Source of the DNA: Acidimicrobiia bacterium
Lineage (GTDB): Bacteria; Actinomycetota; Acidimicrobiia; Acidimicrobiales; JANYDT01
NCBI GenBank assembly: GCA_031418035.1
Contig: JANOWU010000051.1
Span: forward strand, 20,803 to 84,802
DNA: 64,000 nt
Direction of reading: 5' to 3'
Shown here: positions 22,870 to 31,940 of the stretch, in pieces
Numbering within the stretch: position 1 is the first letter of the stretch
Layout of the letters: every line of letters starts with the position of its first letter
Translations under genes and position numbers: made by a program
Notes under the pieces: generated by a model
What the model was told of the DNA's origin: nothing
Databases searched by the model: none
What the model saw: the letters and a program-made list of their open reading frames with translations, nothing else

Positions 22870-24408
22870 TTAGGCGACCGAAACGGGCACCACGGCCGTC
22901 ACGGGAACCGTCGTCGAAGTGGCCGGTGGAGGCGGAGCCACCGGGACCACGCTCACGGTCGGAGGCTGGGTCGCCACGACGATCGGCGGTTGCACCGTAG
23001 GAACGTATGGCGGTGGTTCCACAGGTATAAATCGAGGATCGGTGATGCCCTCGCGAAACTGCTTACGCAATCCCCACGAATAACTCCACCACGCCCGGGG
23101 CCAAACGACCCAGTCGTAGAAGCTGATTCCTACGACGTTGAGCTCTCGTGCCGCCTGCTGAAACCCGCTCAGATCGTTCAGGATCTTGACCCTGTCGCCT
23201 ACACCGCCGGTCACATGGATAGGAACGTCATCTCGTCCCAAATTGGCCCGAAGACGTTTCACGTTCTCGGTCACATAGCGATAGCCGTCACGCCACCCCG
23301 AGTCGGCCGTGCGGTTCGTCCAATAGGTTTGTATCGTCCACAGGTCGTAGTACGGCGCAAGGTCTTTGTAAGGGAACGGACCCCGCCAGAACGTATTGAT
23401 GGTCTTGGGTGGTGCCCCGTTGGGCTGCGTCCAGAGATTCGCGACACCATCGACCGATGTCGGTTCGACGACGTTGATCGTGACAAACCGACCCGGAAGA
23501 AGTTGTCGCAGTCCAGCGCTGTAGACGATATGACGCCGGTTTCGCTCGTTGATCTCGGGAACGGTGGTGTAGTTCTCGACGTCGATCGCGATGCCGTCGA
23601 CCTCGAGGTTTGCGATGGCAACCGTCTTGCGCAGATCGGTGTTCACGTCTTGCACAGCCGGGACGTACCATACGACCACATACATTCCGAGTTCGTGAGC
23701 TCGGTTGATCATCGGGATCAGCTTCTCCGGTTCCAGCACATCTACCTGCCCGGCCCAGTGCGCCGCTTGGATGTAGACGGTCTCGACCCCGGCGGCGGCC
23801 ATCTGGTCCATGGTCGCCCACGTCACCGGCGGTGTCGCCTTGCCCGACCACTGTGTGGTCCAGTCAAAACGATCAACCCAGGCCCCGAGCCCTTTGTACG
23901 GATCGATGCTGGCAGCGGTCGCGCGAATGGGCGGGTTGGCCGCCGCAGGGAACGGTGCCGGAGGAAGTGTTGTGGTCGTCGTCGCCGCAGCCTTGGTCGT
24001 GGGCTTGGCCGGCGTCGTTGCCGCCCCGGGCAGGGCGGTGGAGACTGGCACCGTCGATGCCACGACAATATCTCCGCCCGCAGTCTCAACAGGAAGCACG
24101 CTCGCAGTAGGGGCTACCACAGTCGTCGGCGACGCCGACGTGGTCGCAGGGAGCGTCGCCGGTACCGTCGTGGCCGGTTTCGACGCCGCCTTTGTCGTCT
24201 TCACGACCACAGGAATTCGCCGAGTTTTCCTAGTCGTCTTTTTCGCACTTCTTTTCGTGGTTTTCGTTGCCGCTGGCTTCGGTGACGCTGCCGCCGCCTG
24301 GGTCCGAAACTTGGGCAAACGGTGCGCATCGGCCGTGGAGCCCGGAACGGCCAGGGCTCCAACGGCCAAGGCCAGCGCACCGAAGAGGGGGAAGACTCTT
24401 CGATTCAT
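22870..24408 (-). CDS. Secreted protein with putative glycoside-hydrolase-like TIM-barrel core, basic Lys/Thr-rich N-region and Pro-rich C-tail
   Basis: Start at ATG 24408 (MNRRVFPLFGALALAVGALAVPGSTADA signal). KPAATKTTKRSAKKTTRKTRR low-complexity region. Core WVDRFDW...ETVYIQAAHW...MYVVVWYVP...GIAIDVENY. C-tail VEPPPYVPTVQPPIVVATQPP. The function call is tentative. Confidence 0.6.
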   Translation of the reverse strand: MNRRVFPLFGALALAVGALAVPGSTADAHRLPKFRTQAAAASPKPAATKTTKRSAKKTTRKTRRIPVVVKTTKAASKPATTVPATLPATTSASPTTVVAPTASVLPVETAGGDIVVASTVPVSTALPGAATTPAKPTTKAAATTTTTLPPAPFPAAANPPIRATAASIDPYKGLGAWVDRFDWTTQWSGKATPPVTWATMDQMAAAGVETVYIQAAHWAGQVDVLEPEKLIPMINRAHELGMYVVVWYVPAVQDVNTDLRKTVAIANLEVDGIAIDVENYTTVPEINERNRRHIVYSAGLRQLLPGRFVTINVVEPTSVDGVANLWTQPNGAPPKTINTFWRGPFPYKDLAPYYDLWTIQTYWTNRTADSGWRDGYRYVTENVKRLRANLGRDDVPIHVTGGVGDRVKILNDLSGFQQAARELNVVGISFYDWVVWPRAWWSYSWGLRKQFREGITDPRFIPVEPPPYVPTVQPPIVVATQPPTVSVVPVAPPPPATSTTVPVTAVVPVSVA

Positions 24409-25294
24409 AGGTCCCAGGCTACGCCCTTGCCTCACGCACGCAGCCACGGACCTATGAGGATCCTGTAAACGATTCCCCACCCAGCGTAGCGATCATGTCG
24501 TCTGCGCGGTGAGAGGGTGTTGACCTCCGACCGACCCAAACCGGGTCCACGCGGGGGACCGAGTCGGCGAAAAAATCATTTGCCGCGTCAACCGCGTAGA
24601 CCCCCCAGACCCAGGTGCCTTCAGCGAGTAAAGCCGATGCGACGCACAAGAGTTTGTTTGGCTGAAGGTACTGCGAAGACGAGGCCATGACCCCTGAGCG
24701 AAGCAGCGCTTCAAGCGGAGTCCGGGAACCTGTTCGCACCGGGTGACTGAGGCTCACTCACCGTGAGCCTCACTCAGCCGGTGGAGAAGATCACACGATG
24801 GGGCATAGTTGCGCCTGGCCGGCCCGAAACTGTCGTCAACGAGTTGTCCGATTCGGCTCTCACGCACGCCTCGCCCGCCGCAAATAGATTCAAAGTTCCA
24901 CCCTCAAGCCGGGCCTAGGTCCAATTGGAGGTCGTCACCGGGCCCGAGACCTGGCTGACCCCGGCAACGCCCGTATCGCAGCGACGAGTCGACCGCACGG
25001 CCACGGCCAATGCACAGGAGATTGAATGCAATGAACGTTCCGTCGGCGGTCCGCGAACGATCGTTGAGGAGGTACCGGGCGCTGCGTCAAGATCTGGATC
25101 GTCGGATCCGGCGATCCCATCAACGTCGACCCGTATCCATTCGGTCAGATCGTGAATCAGGCGGCATGGGACGCTCTGCCACCGGGTACGTACACGTTCG
25201 CCGCCATCTGTGACAGTGCCACGTCATCCGGCGAGACGGCCACCGTCACGGTCGCAAGTAACTCCTCGGCCGCGAGTCGACCAACACAAACGCA

Positions 25295-25325
25295 AGAAGC
25301 GCGTGCCACGGGGGCACGCGCTTCT
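25295..25325 (-). terminator. Strong hairpin downstream of typA (probable intrinsic terminator, possibly bidirectional)
   Basis: AGAAGCGCGTGCC-acggg-GGCACGCGCTTCT, a perfect 13-bp GC-rich stem with 5-nt loop, 59 nt after the typA TAG. On the minus strand it is followed by TGCGTTTGTGTTGG. Confidence 0.55.
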
Positions 25326-25383
25326 GTTCGTTGCAGTGTTTGGTACGTGAACGTACGAAGTGCTACGTAAACGTACGAAATAC

Positions 25384-27237
25384 CTACTGCGGTCGCTTGG
25401 TGCGACGTCGATCCTCTTCCTTCAACAGACGCTTACGTACACGTACGTTCTTCGGCGTGACCTCGACAAGTTCGTCGGCCTCGATGAACTCGATCGCTGC
25501 TTCGAGGGTCATTTCGCGCTTCGGCGGCAGCTTTACGGCATCGTCGTGGGAGTGCGTACGAATGTTGTTCTTCGCCTTTTCCTTCGTGACGTTGAGCAGC
25601 ATCTCGTCGTTTCGAGCGTTCTCCCCAATCACCATGCCCTCGTAGACCTCTTCGGAAGGATCGATGAAGAACTGGCCACGTGACTGCAAACCATCAAGCG
25701 CGTAGCCCGTAGCAACACCGGCGCGGTCGCTGATCATCGCCCCACCGAGTCGCTTCGGCAGATCGCCGACCCACGGGACAAACCCGGCGTGACGCTGATG
25801 CATGAGGGCCGTGCCCCGCGTTTGGGTGAGGAGCTCGCCGCGCAAACCCAACAGGCCGCGAGACGGGCAGTCGAAGCGGAGAATGGTGCGGTTCGTGTCG
25901 CCGGGACGCATATCGGTCATCGATCCCTTACGCGGCGCGACTGCCTGGGTGACGACACCCACGTATTCGTCGGGAACGTCGACGGTCAATTCCTCATACG
26001 GCTCATGACGGTGACCATCAACCATTTTCGTGATGACCTCGGGCTGTGAAACTTGAAGTTCGTAACCCTCACGACGCATAGCTTCGATCAACACCGCAAG
26101 CTGAAGTTCGCCGCGTCCTGCGACCTCGATGATGTCGGGCGAGTCGGTGTCACGAAGACGAATCGAAACGTTGCCGAGGATCTCCTTTTCGAGACGCTCG
26201 CGAAGGTGGCGCGATGTGAGGTACTTGCCATCCTTGCCGGCAGTAGGTGCAGTGTTGACCCCAAAGGTCATCGCCAGAACAGGCTCGTCGACCAACAATC
26301 GCTCGAGCGCAACGGGGTTGATCGCATCGGCGATCGTGTCACCGATTTCGATCTCGGGGAAACCCGCAATCACGAACAGCTCGCCGGCCACCAACTCGTC
26401 GACATCGACTCGCTTGAGGCCGTCGAAGTTCAGAAGCGTACCGAGCTTGCGCTTCAGGATCCCTCCGGGCACGCCGGCGGCCGGCTCAGCTCCCAGCAGT
26501 GCAACGATCTCGTTCTTGCGCATCGTTCCCTGCTGGACACGGCCGACGGCCAAGCGACCCAGGTACTCCGAGGCGTCGAGGTTGTTCACGAGCGCCTGCA
26601 GCGGAGCCGCGTCGTCGCCCGACGGTGCGGGAATCGTCTTGACGATGGCCTCGAAGAGCGCAGTCAAGTCATCGCCTTCGCCGGGCATACCTATGCCACT
26701 GACCGACTTGCCGTCACGGGCGATACACGACACGACCGGGAAATCGAGGTGGTCGAGATCGCCGTGGTCGCCGAGCAGGTCCATGAACAGATGCTCGATC
26801 TCAACGAGGACCTCCTCAGGACGCGAATCGCTGCGGTCGACCTTGTTGATCACGACCACGACCGGTAGGCGCTTGGCGAGGGCCTTCGAGAGCACATAGC
26901 GCGTCTGGGGCAGCGGGCCTTCGGCCGCGTCGACCAACAGCAACACGCCGTCGACGATGTGGAGCCCGCGCTCGACCTCTCCGCCGAAGTCGGCGTGGCC
27001 GGGGGTGTCGACGATGTTGATCTTGTAGTGCTGCCAGCGAACCGACGCCTGTTTCGCAAAGATCGTGATGCCACGCTCGCGTTCTTGGTCGTTGGAGTCC
27101 ATGACGCGCTCTTGCTGCGTCTCACGGGTTCCGAAGACCCCGGCGAAACGGAGCATCGAGTCCACCAGCGTCGTCTTTCCATGATCGACGTGGGCCACAA
27201 TGGCCAAGTTTCGGAGTTCGGGGGCAGATGACATCAC
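25384..27237 (-). CDS. typA: Translational GTPase TypA/BipA
   Basis: 617 aa. G-motifs [37 protein letters not shown]-like domain order. GTG 27237 or ATG 27234 start. Confidence 0.95.
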   Translation of the reverse strand: MMSSAPELRNLAIVAHVDHGKTTLVDSMLRFAGVFGTRETQQERVMDSNDQERERGITIFAKQASVRWQHYKINIVDTPGHADFGGEVERGLHIVDGVLLLVDAAEGPLPQTRYVLSKALAKRLPVVVVINKVDRSDSRPEEVLVEIEHLFMDLLGDHGDLDHLDFPVVSCIARDGKSVSGIGMPGEGDDLTALFEAIVKTIPAPSGDDAAPLQALVNNLDASEYLGRLAVGRVQQGTMRKNEIVALLGAEPAAGVPGGILKRKLGTLLNFDGLKRVDVDELVAGELFVIAGFPEIEIGDTIADAINPVALERLLVDEPVLAMTFGVNTAPTAGKDGKYLTSRHLRERLEKEILGNVSIRLRDTDSPDIIEVAGRGELQLAVLIEAMRREGYELQVSQPEVITKMVDGHRHEPYEELTVDVPDEYVGVVTQAVAPRKGSMTDMRPGDTNRTILRFDCPSRGLLGLRGELLTQTRGTALMHQRHAGFVPWVGDLPKRLGGAMISDRAGVATGYALDGLQSRGQFFIDPSEEVYEGMVIGENARNDEMLLNVTKEKAKNNIRTHSHDDAVKLPPKREMTLEAAIEFIEADELVEVTPKNVRVRKRLLKEEDRRRTKRPQ

Positions 27238-27312
27238 ACGGTCCTTGCGTAGGAAGGGAAAAAACAGGCGGGTAGCCGCCTGGATCTTCGGTACGAACCG
27301 TGCGGCAAAAAA

Positions 27313-27528
27313 CTAGTAGTTGGCGGCCTCGTCGGGCGCATCGTCGAACTCGTCGAATTCGGCATCGTCGGGTTCGAAATCGTCTTCAGGCACTCGAGCA
27401 AGACACCAAGACGCACAAGGTGCTTCGGCACTTGCTCCGCATTCGTCGCAGGGTGTTGCCGTAGGCTCCAGGGTGATGCGCTTGAGGGCTCGGGCCTCTT
27501 CAAACCGCCGGTGGCGTCCCTTTTTCAC
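27313..27528 (-). CDS. Small Cys-containing protein with acidic tail (hypothetical)
   Basis: 71 aa. Basic N-terminus MKKGRHRRFEEARALKR, a C-x2-C-x8-C-x3-C cluster (CDECGASAEAPCASWC), then an Asp/Glu/Phe-rich tail. Same strand as typA, 75 nt upstream of it. Confidence 0.5.
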   Translation of the reverse strand: MKKGRHRRFEEARALKRITLEPTATPCDECGASAEAPCASWCLARVPEDDFEPDDAEFDEFDDAPDEAANY

Positions 27529-27688
27529 TTCTCGGCTCCTGCGTCAGAATCGTTTTTGGTCGTATCAGCATCCGAGTGTAGCCCGAGATCCGCATACACA
27601 CTGCGGATAGGACCCTACTTGCGACAAACGACACACCATGAATCGGCATTCAGCGTCGGAATGACCGCGGGACGGCTCGAACTAACGT

Positions 27689-27919
27689 GTGGCTGTGGCC
27701 GACCAACTGGATCTCGATGCTCTCATACTCCGCTTTCGCGAACGCGCAAAAGCGGTGAAGAATCGCCCACTACCGCCGGTCGAGGGCGCCGAACGTGTTC
27801 GTTTCAAAGAGCGCGCCCAGCAGGATTTCCTCGACTTCGCCCTCATCGGCGACGCAGAAGCGTCGTTTGAGGACGGTGTCGTCACCCTCCGAATCGACCT
27901 TCGCCCGCCAGCTTCGTGA
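27689..27919 (+). CDS. Small hypothetical protein, translationally coupled to the downstream serine hydrolase
   Basis: 76 aa from GTG 27689. Its TGA overlaps the GTG of the next gene (GTGA at 27916-27919). No recognisable family. Confidence 0.5.
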   Translation: MAVADQLDLDALILRFRERAKAVKNRPLPPVEGAERVRFKERAQQDFLDFALIGDAEASFEDGVVTLRIDLRPPAS

Positions 27920-28770
27920 CCGATTCAGAGCACTCCCGGCTGGGTGCGCTGAGCGAAACCCTGCACGCAATCAACGACTGGCCGGTGCCCCACGCCGGTG
28001 CCGCTGTGGTCCTCGGCGACGGCTCGAACGTTTCGCATGGCGACTGCGTGAGCATCAGCCGCATTGCGTCGGTCTCGAAGCCGCTGTTTGGCTATGCCGT
28101 TCTGATCGCCGTCGAAGAAGGCACGATCTCCCTCGACGAACCGGCTGGGCCCCCCGGCGCAACCGTTCGCCACCTCCTCGCCCATACCAGCGGACTCCCG
28201 TTCCTTGCCTACGACGCAACCGCATCAGCGCCGGGAACTCGTCGGGTGTACTCCAACGTCGGATTCGACGTCCTCGCTGACCTCCTCGAGTCGCGAGCCG
28301 ACATGCCGGTCGCCGAATATCTCCGAAGCGCAGTGTTTACGCCGCTGCACATGGACGACACCGAGCTTCGTGGCTCCGTCGCCAAAGACGTGTGGTCAAC
28401 CATCCCCGACCTCAGCAAGTTTGCGGCCGAATTGCTTCGACCGCGACTCATCGCCACCGAGACGTTCCAGAACTTCACCACCGTCCAGTTCCCCGACCTG
28501 GCAGGAGTGCTTCCGGGATTTGGCAGTCAGCGTCCATGTCCGTGGGGCCTTGGCGTAGAGATTCGAGGACACAAAACTCCTCATTGGACCGGCCGACGCA
28601 ACTCAGCTGCCACCTTCGGCCACTTCGGAGGGTCCGGGTCGTTCCTGTGGGTCGACCCAGAAATCGACGCGGCCGCGCTTTGTCTGACGGGCCGTGAGTT
28701 CGGCCCGTGGGCCGCACCGCTATGGGAGGCTCTCTCCGATTCGGTAGTTGCTGCACTTCAGAGCCCATGA
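27916..28770 (+). CDS. Serine hydrolase, beta-lactamase/transpeptidase-like family
   Basis: 284 aa. S-x-x-K motif in IASVSKPLFGYAV, with YSNVGFDVL downstream. Confidence 0.8.
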   Translation: MTDSEHSRLGALSETLHAINDWPVPHAGAAVVLGDGSNVSHGDCVSISRIASVSKPLFGYAVLIAVEEGTISLDEPAGPPGATVRHLLAHTSGLPFLAYDATASAPGTRRVYSNVGFDVLADLLESRADMPVAEYLRSAVFTPLHMDDTELRGSVAKDVWSTIPDLSKFAAELLRPRLIATETFQNFTTVQFPDLAGVLPGFGSQRPCPWGLGVEIRGHKTPHWTGRRNSAATFGHFGGSGSFLWVDPEIDAAALCLTGREFGPWAAPLWEALSDSVVAALQSP

Positions 28771-28852
28771 GTCCCCACGTCGAAGAGTTGGGACTCGAAC
28801 CAACAACGCCGTAGTCTTACCGAACCCCGCTTTCCGAACCTAGGAGTTCACC

Positions 28853-29656
28853 ATGGACCAGCGCTCAGCCGAAGAGGAAGTCGACAAACTGGCGGGAGGA
28901 GACGCTCAGACACTCATGGGCACCACCGTCCGGACCACCGAACAAGAGCGCCTGCACCGCAAGCAAATGCTGGCCGCGTCGTTTCGACTGTTCTCGCGTT
29001 TCGGGTTCGACGAAGGCGTTGCCGGTCACATCACCGCCCGCGACCCGGAATTGACCGACCACTTCTGGGTCAATCCGTTCGGCATGCATTTCGGCCACAT
29101 CCGAGTCAGTGACCTGTTGCTCGTGCGACACGACGGAAAAATCGTGCACGGTTCGCGACCGGTGAACACCGCCGCCTTCGCAATTCACTCCGAAATCCAC
29201 GCCGCCCGTCCCGACGTCATCGGTGCCGCGCATTCCCATTCCGTCTATGGCAAGGCGTGGTCCAGCCTCGGACGCCTCCTCGACCCGATCACCCAGGATG
29301 TGTGCGCGTTTTACGACGACCATGTCGTGTTCGACGACTACACCGGGGTCGTTCTCGATACCGAGGAGGGTAAGCGGATCGCCTACGCGCTCGGCGAGAA
29401 GAAGGCGGCCATCCTTCGCAACCACGGGCTTCTCACCGTCGGCCACTCCGTGGAGGAAGCCACCTGGTGGTTCATCACCATGGAACGCTCCTGCCAAGCG
29501 CAACTCCTCGCCGAGGCAGCTGGCACGCCGATCATCATTTCGCACGACACGGCCAAGTTGACCGCCGGTCAGGTGGGCTCGCATATCGCCGGATGGTTCA
29601 GCTTCCAACCGCTCTTCGACCGGATCAGCCGCGAACAACCCGACCTGTTCGAATAG
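28853..29656 (+). CDS. Class II aldolase/adducin-domain protein
   Basis: 267 aa. GHITARDP, AAHSHSVYG (metal-binding His cluster), ILRNHGLLTVG. Confidence 0.82.
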   Translation: MDQRSAEEEVDKLAGGDAQTLMGTTVRTTEQERLHRKQMLAASFRLFSRFGFDEGVAGHITARDPELTDHFWVNPFGMHFGHIRVSDLLLVRHDGKIVHGSRPVNTAAFAIHSEIHAARPDVIGAAHSHSVYGKAWSSLGRLLDPITQDVCAFYDDHVVFDDYTGVVLDTEEGKRIAYALGEKKAAILRNHGLLTVGHSVEEATWWFITMERSCQAQLLAEAAGTPIIISHDTAKLTAGQVGSHIAGWFSFQPLFDRISREQPDLFE

Positions 29657-29708
29657 TCCGCCGCCGTTCTTTGTCGATTGGTCGCTCCCCGCGCTACAAA
29701 TCGACCGA

Positions 29709-30140
29709 CTATGAGCGCTGGCGTAGACGGTGCGCGAACAAGCACATGGCGCCGCCCAAGGCGCACACCCCGGCCAGCAACGTCACCCGCGGGCCCGAAA
29801 GCGACGTGTCATTCACGGCAACGCCCGCCGCACCGGCGACCACGCCGATCAGGCCCGAGAGGACCGAAAAAATGGCCACCACGTTGCGCTTCCCGAAGGC
29901 CAACAGCAACACGATGACCCCGGCCAACATCGGTGAAGAAAACAGCGTCCACAGCAGGACCCGAACGACCGTCTCGTTGGCGATTCCCAGGTCGTCGGCT
30001 GCGCTGGCCAAGCCCAGCTCACGAGCCGACTTCGCCAGGGAAAAAGCCGATTTCTTCGCGGAGCCGGAAAGGATCCACGGCAACGCTGCTCCGACGGGGA
30101 TCCCTACCGCTCCGACTACGGCACCTGCAGCGCCGAACAT
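29709..30140 (-). CDS. Small integral membrane protein (hypothetical)
   Basis: Start at ATG 30140 (MFGAAGAVVGAVGIPVGAAL...), 17 nt after the gcvT stop. About four hydrophobic segments. Longer ORF-track starts would overlap gcvT. Confidence 0.55.
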   Translation of the reverse strand: MFGAAGAVVGAVGIPVGAALPWILSGSAKKSAFSLAKSARELGLASAADDLGIANETVVRVLLWTLFSSPMLAGVIVLLLAFGKRNVVAIFSVLSGLIGVVAGAAGVAVNDTSLSGPRVTLLAGVCALGGAMCLFAHRLRQRS

Positions 30141-30157
30141 CGAGAGCGTCGGTCGTG

Positions 30158-31240
30158 TCACTTCGGTGGACGATAGAACGCAAGCGCGCATACCTGCGCT
30201 TCGATGATCCGCCCGCGGACGTCGACCGACACGGAATCGCCGACGTTGACCGACGACGCAAGAAAAGCCATCGCGATCCCGCATTCCAGCATTGGCGAGA
30301 AGTTTCCGCTCGTAACGACGCCGATCTGGACGCCGTCACCGTTGAACACCGCCGCTCCCTCTCGTCCTGGCTGGCGACCGGCGAAGCGCAGCCCCCGCAG
30401 CATTCGACCCGGACCATGTTCCTTTTCGACGACCAGCGCTTCTCGGCCCGGGAAGCTGGGCTTGCCCAGGCTCACCACCCATCCCAGTCCGGCCTGCCAG
30501 GGGGTGATCCCCTCGCCCAACTCGTGGCCGTGCAACGGAAGCCCCGCCTCGAGTCGAAGCGTGTCGCGAGCGCCGAGCCCCGCCGGAAGCACTCCTGCGT
30601 CGAGGACGGCGTCCCACACGAGGGCGGCCTGCTCGGTCGGCACGGCGATCTCGACACCATCCTCACCGGTGTAGCCCGTTCCGGCCACAACGCAGTCGAC
30701 GCCCGCCACCGTCAACGAGGAGACCCGAAACCGCCCCACCGTGTCGAAGTCACCGAGGGCCGAAACGCGCTCACGCGCACGCGGTCCCTGGACCGCAAGG
30801 ATTGCGCGCTCCCCCGTGACATCGGCAATGAACAAATCGTCGCGAGCTTCCCCCTGACGCTCACCCTGCAACGCCGCAACCACACGATCGGTGTTCGACG
30901 CGTTCGGCATGACGTCGAACAGCGTCTCGCTGCGCCACCACACGATGATGTCGTCGAGGACAAACCCGTGCTCATCGAGCAGATGGGTGTACTGGGCCCG
31001 ACCGGGTCCGATCTTGGCCAGGTCATTGGTAAAAGCACCCTGGAGCGCGGCAAGCGCTCCGGACCCCTCCACTCGCACCGTACCGAGATGGCTGACGTCG
31101 AAAACGACGGCATCGAGCCGACAACTGCGGTGCTCGGCCAACGTGCCCGCCGGGTATGCCACCGGCATCTCCCAACCCCCGAAGGGAACCATCTTGGCGC
31201 CGAGCGAGCGATGCTTGGCATCGAGTGGCGAGTGCTTCAT
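30158..31240 (-). CDS. gcvT: Glycine cleavage system aminomethyltransferase (T protein)
   Basis: 360 aa. HRSLGAKMVPFGGWEMPVAY, VFDVSHLG, YTGEDGVEI, ARDTLRLEAG. Confidence 0.93.
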   Translation of the reverse strand: MKHSPLDAKHRSLGAKMVPFGGWEMPVAYPAGTLAEHRSCRLDAVVFDVSHLGTVRVEGSGALAALQGAFTNDLAKIGPGRAQYTHLLDEHGFVLDDIIVWWRSETLFDVMPNASNTDRVVAALQGERQGEARDDLFIADVTGERAILAVQGPRARERVSALGDFDTVGRFRVSSLTVAGVDCVVAGTGYTGEDGVEIAVPTEQAALVWDAVLDAGVLPAGLGARDTLRLEAGLPLHGHELGEGITPWQAGLGWVVSLGKPSFPGREALVVEKEHGPGRMLRGLRFAGRQPGREGAAVFNGDGVQIGVVTSGNFSPMLECGIAMAFLASSVNVGDSVSVDVRGRIIEAQVCALAFYRPPK

Positions 31241-31249
31241 GCGCCGCGC

Positions 31250-31822
31250 TTAGAGATTCGCTGCAGGCAAAAGTGTCTTTGCGGAACCCGGGGTTCCGGA
31301 CAGCGGACGCATCTCCAGGATCGCAACCCGCAATTGCTCCACCACGGGCGACAGGGGAACGATGTTCAGCACGCCCTGTCCCTTACGCACGAGATCGATG
31401 ATCTCGCCATCATCTCGGACCAGCAGGGGCGTGTCGCCACAGAGCACCAAATTCGCGGACGCAATCTCTTCGCCGAGGTTGTCACGGAGGTATTCGACGG
31501 CGGTCCGTGCAGACTGCAGTGACACATTGGCGTCGAGCAGGCTCTTGATGACCTTCAACTCGAGAAGATCACCGTAGGAGTACACCCGCTGCGTACCGCT
31601 CCCCTTGGCGTCGGCCAACGACGGGCGCAACAGATTGGTTCGTGCCCAATAGTCGAGTTGCCGGTACGTGATTCCCACCAACTTGCAGACCTGTGGTCCT
31701 CGAAATCCGTCTGCCACCGCCGCGTTCGCCGTGCGGGTACGAGAAACTGCAGTACGTGCTGTTACGGAAGGCGTCACTCGACATGTCCTTTGGGAGACCG
31801 GATTCGGGTACCGAAACTCCAA
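31250..31822 (-). CDS. MerR-family transcriptional regulator
   Basis: HTH block VCKLVGITYRQLDYWARTNLL...RVYSYGDLLELKVIKSLL. The stop lies 9 nt upstream of the gcvT ATG. The exact start is uncertain. Confidence 0.8.
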   Translation of the reverse strand: MEFRYPNPVSQRTCRVTPSVTARTAVSRTRTANAAVADGFRGPQVCKLVGITYRQLDYWARTNLLRPSLADAKGSGTQRVYSYGDLLELKVIKSLLDANVSLQSARTAVEYLRDNLGEEIASANLVLCGDTPLLVRDDGEIIDLVRKGQGVLNIVPLSPVVEQLRVAILEMRPLSGTPGSAKTLLPAANL

Positions 31823-31940
31823 GCAAGTCTTTTGAACAACAGACCCGACATAGACGTAGTTCCAGCGATGGAACTACAGGCTAGAGAACTCGCCGCGCGG
31901 CGTCAACGGTCTCGGCCCTACTTCTCTTAGAAAAGCCTGA

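Noticed and set aside
22990-24285. 431-aa ORF on the plus strand
   Set aside because: It is antisense to the secreted GH-like gene. The sequence is dominated by Arg/Gly runs that mirror the Thr/Pro codons of the real gene.
24452-24757. 101-aa minus-strand ORF in the long gap (possible start at an internal ATG, MASSSQYLQ…)
   Set aside because: It has no recognisable family and only moderate third-position GC by hand count. It overlaps the presumed 5' leader of the downstream gene. I kept it as a possibility inside the gap finding rather than calling it a gene.
24409-24800. Possible c-di-AMP (ydaO-type) riboswitch or RNase P-like RNA in the leader region
   Set aside because: Only short fragments resemble conserved elements (GGGGAATCG, GGACCC, GAGTCCGGG). 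The diagnostic longer blocks I remember for these RNAs are absent. This needs a covariance-model scan before any claim.
25152-25370. 72-aa plus-strand ORF next to typA
   Set aside because: Its 3' half runs through the 13-bp terminator hairpin. The protein-like part extends upstream of the GTG without a start codon. It is more consistent with a decayed gene fragment than a functional CDS.
29933-31522. 529-aa ORF on the plus strand
   Set aside because: It runs antisense across gcvT and the MerR gene, both of which have strong family motifs. It has no recognisable domain.
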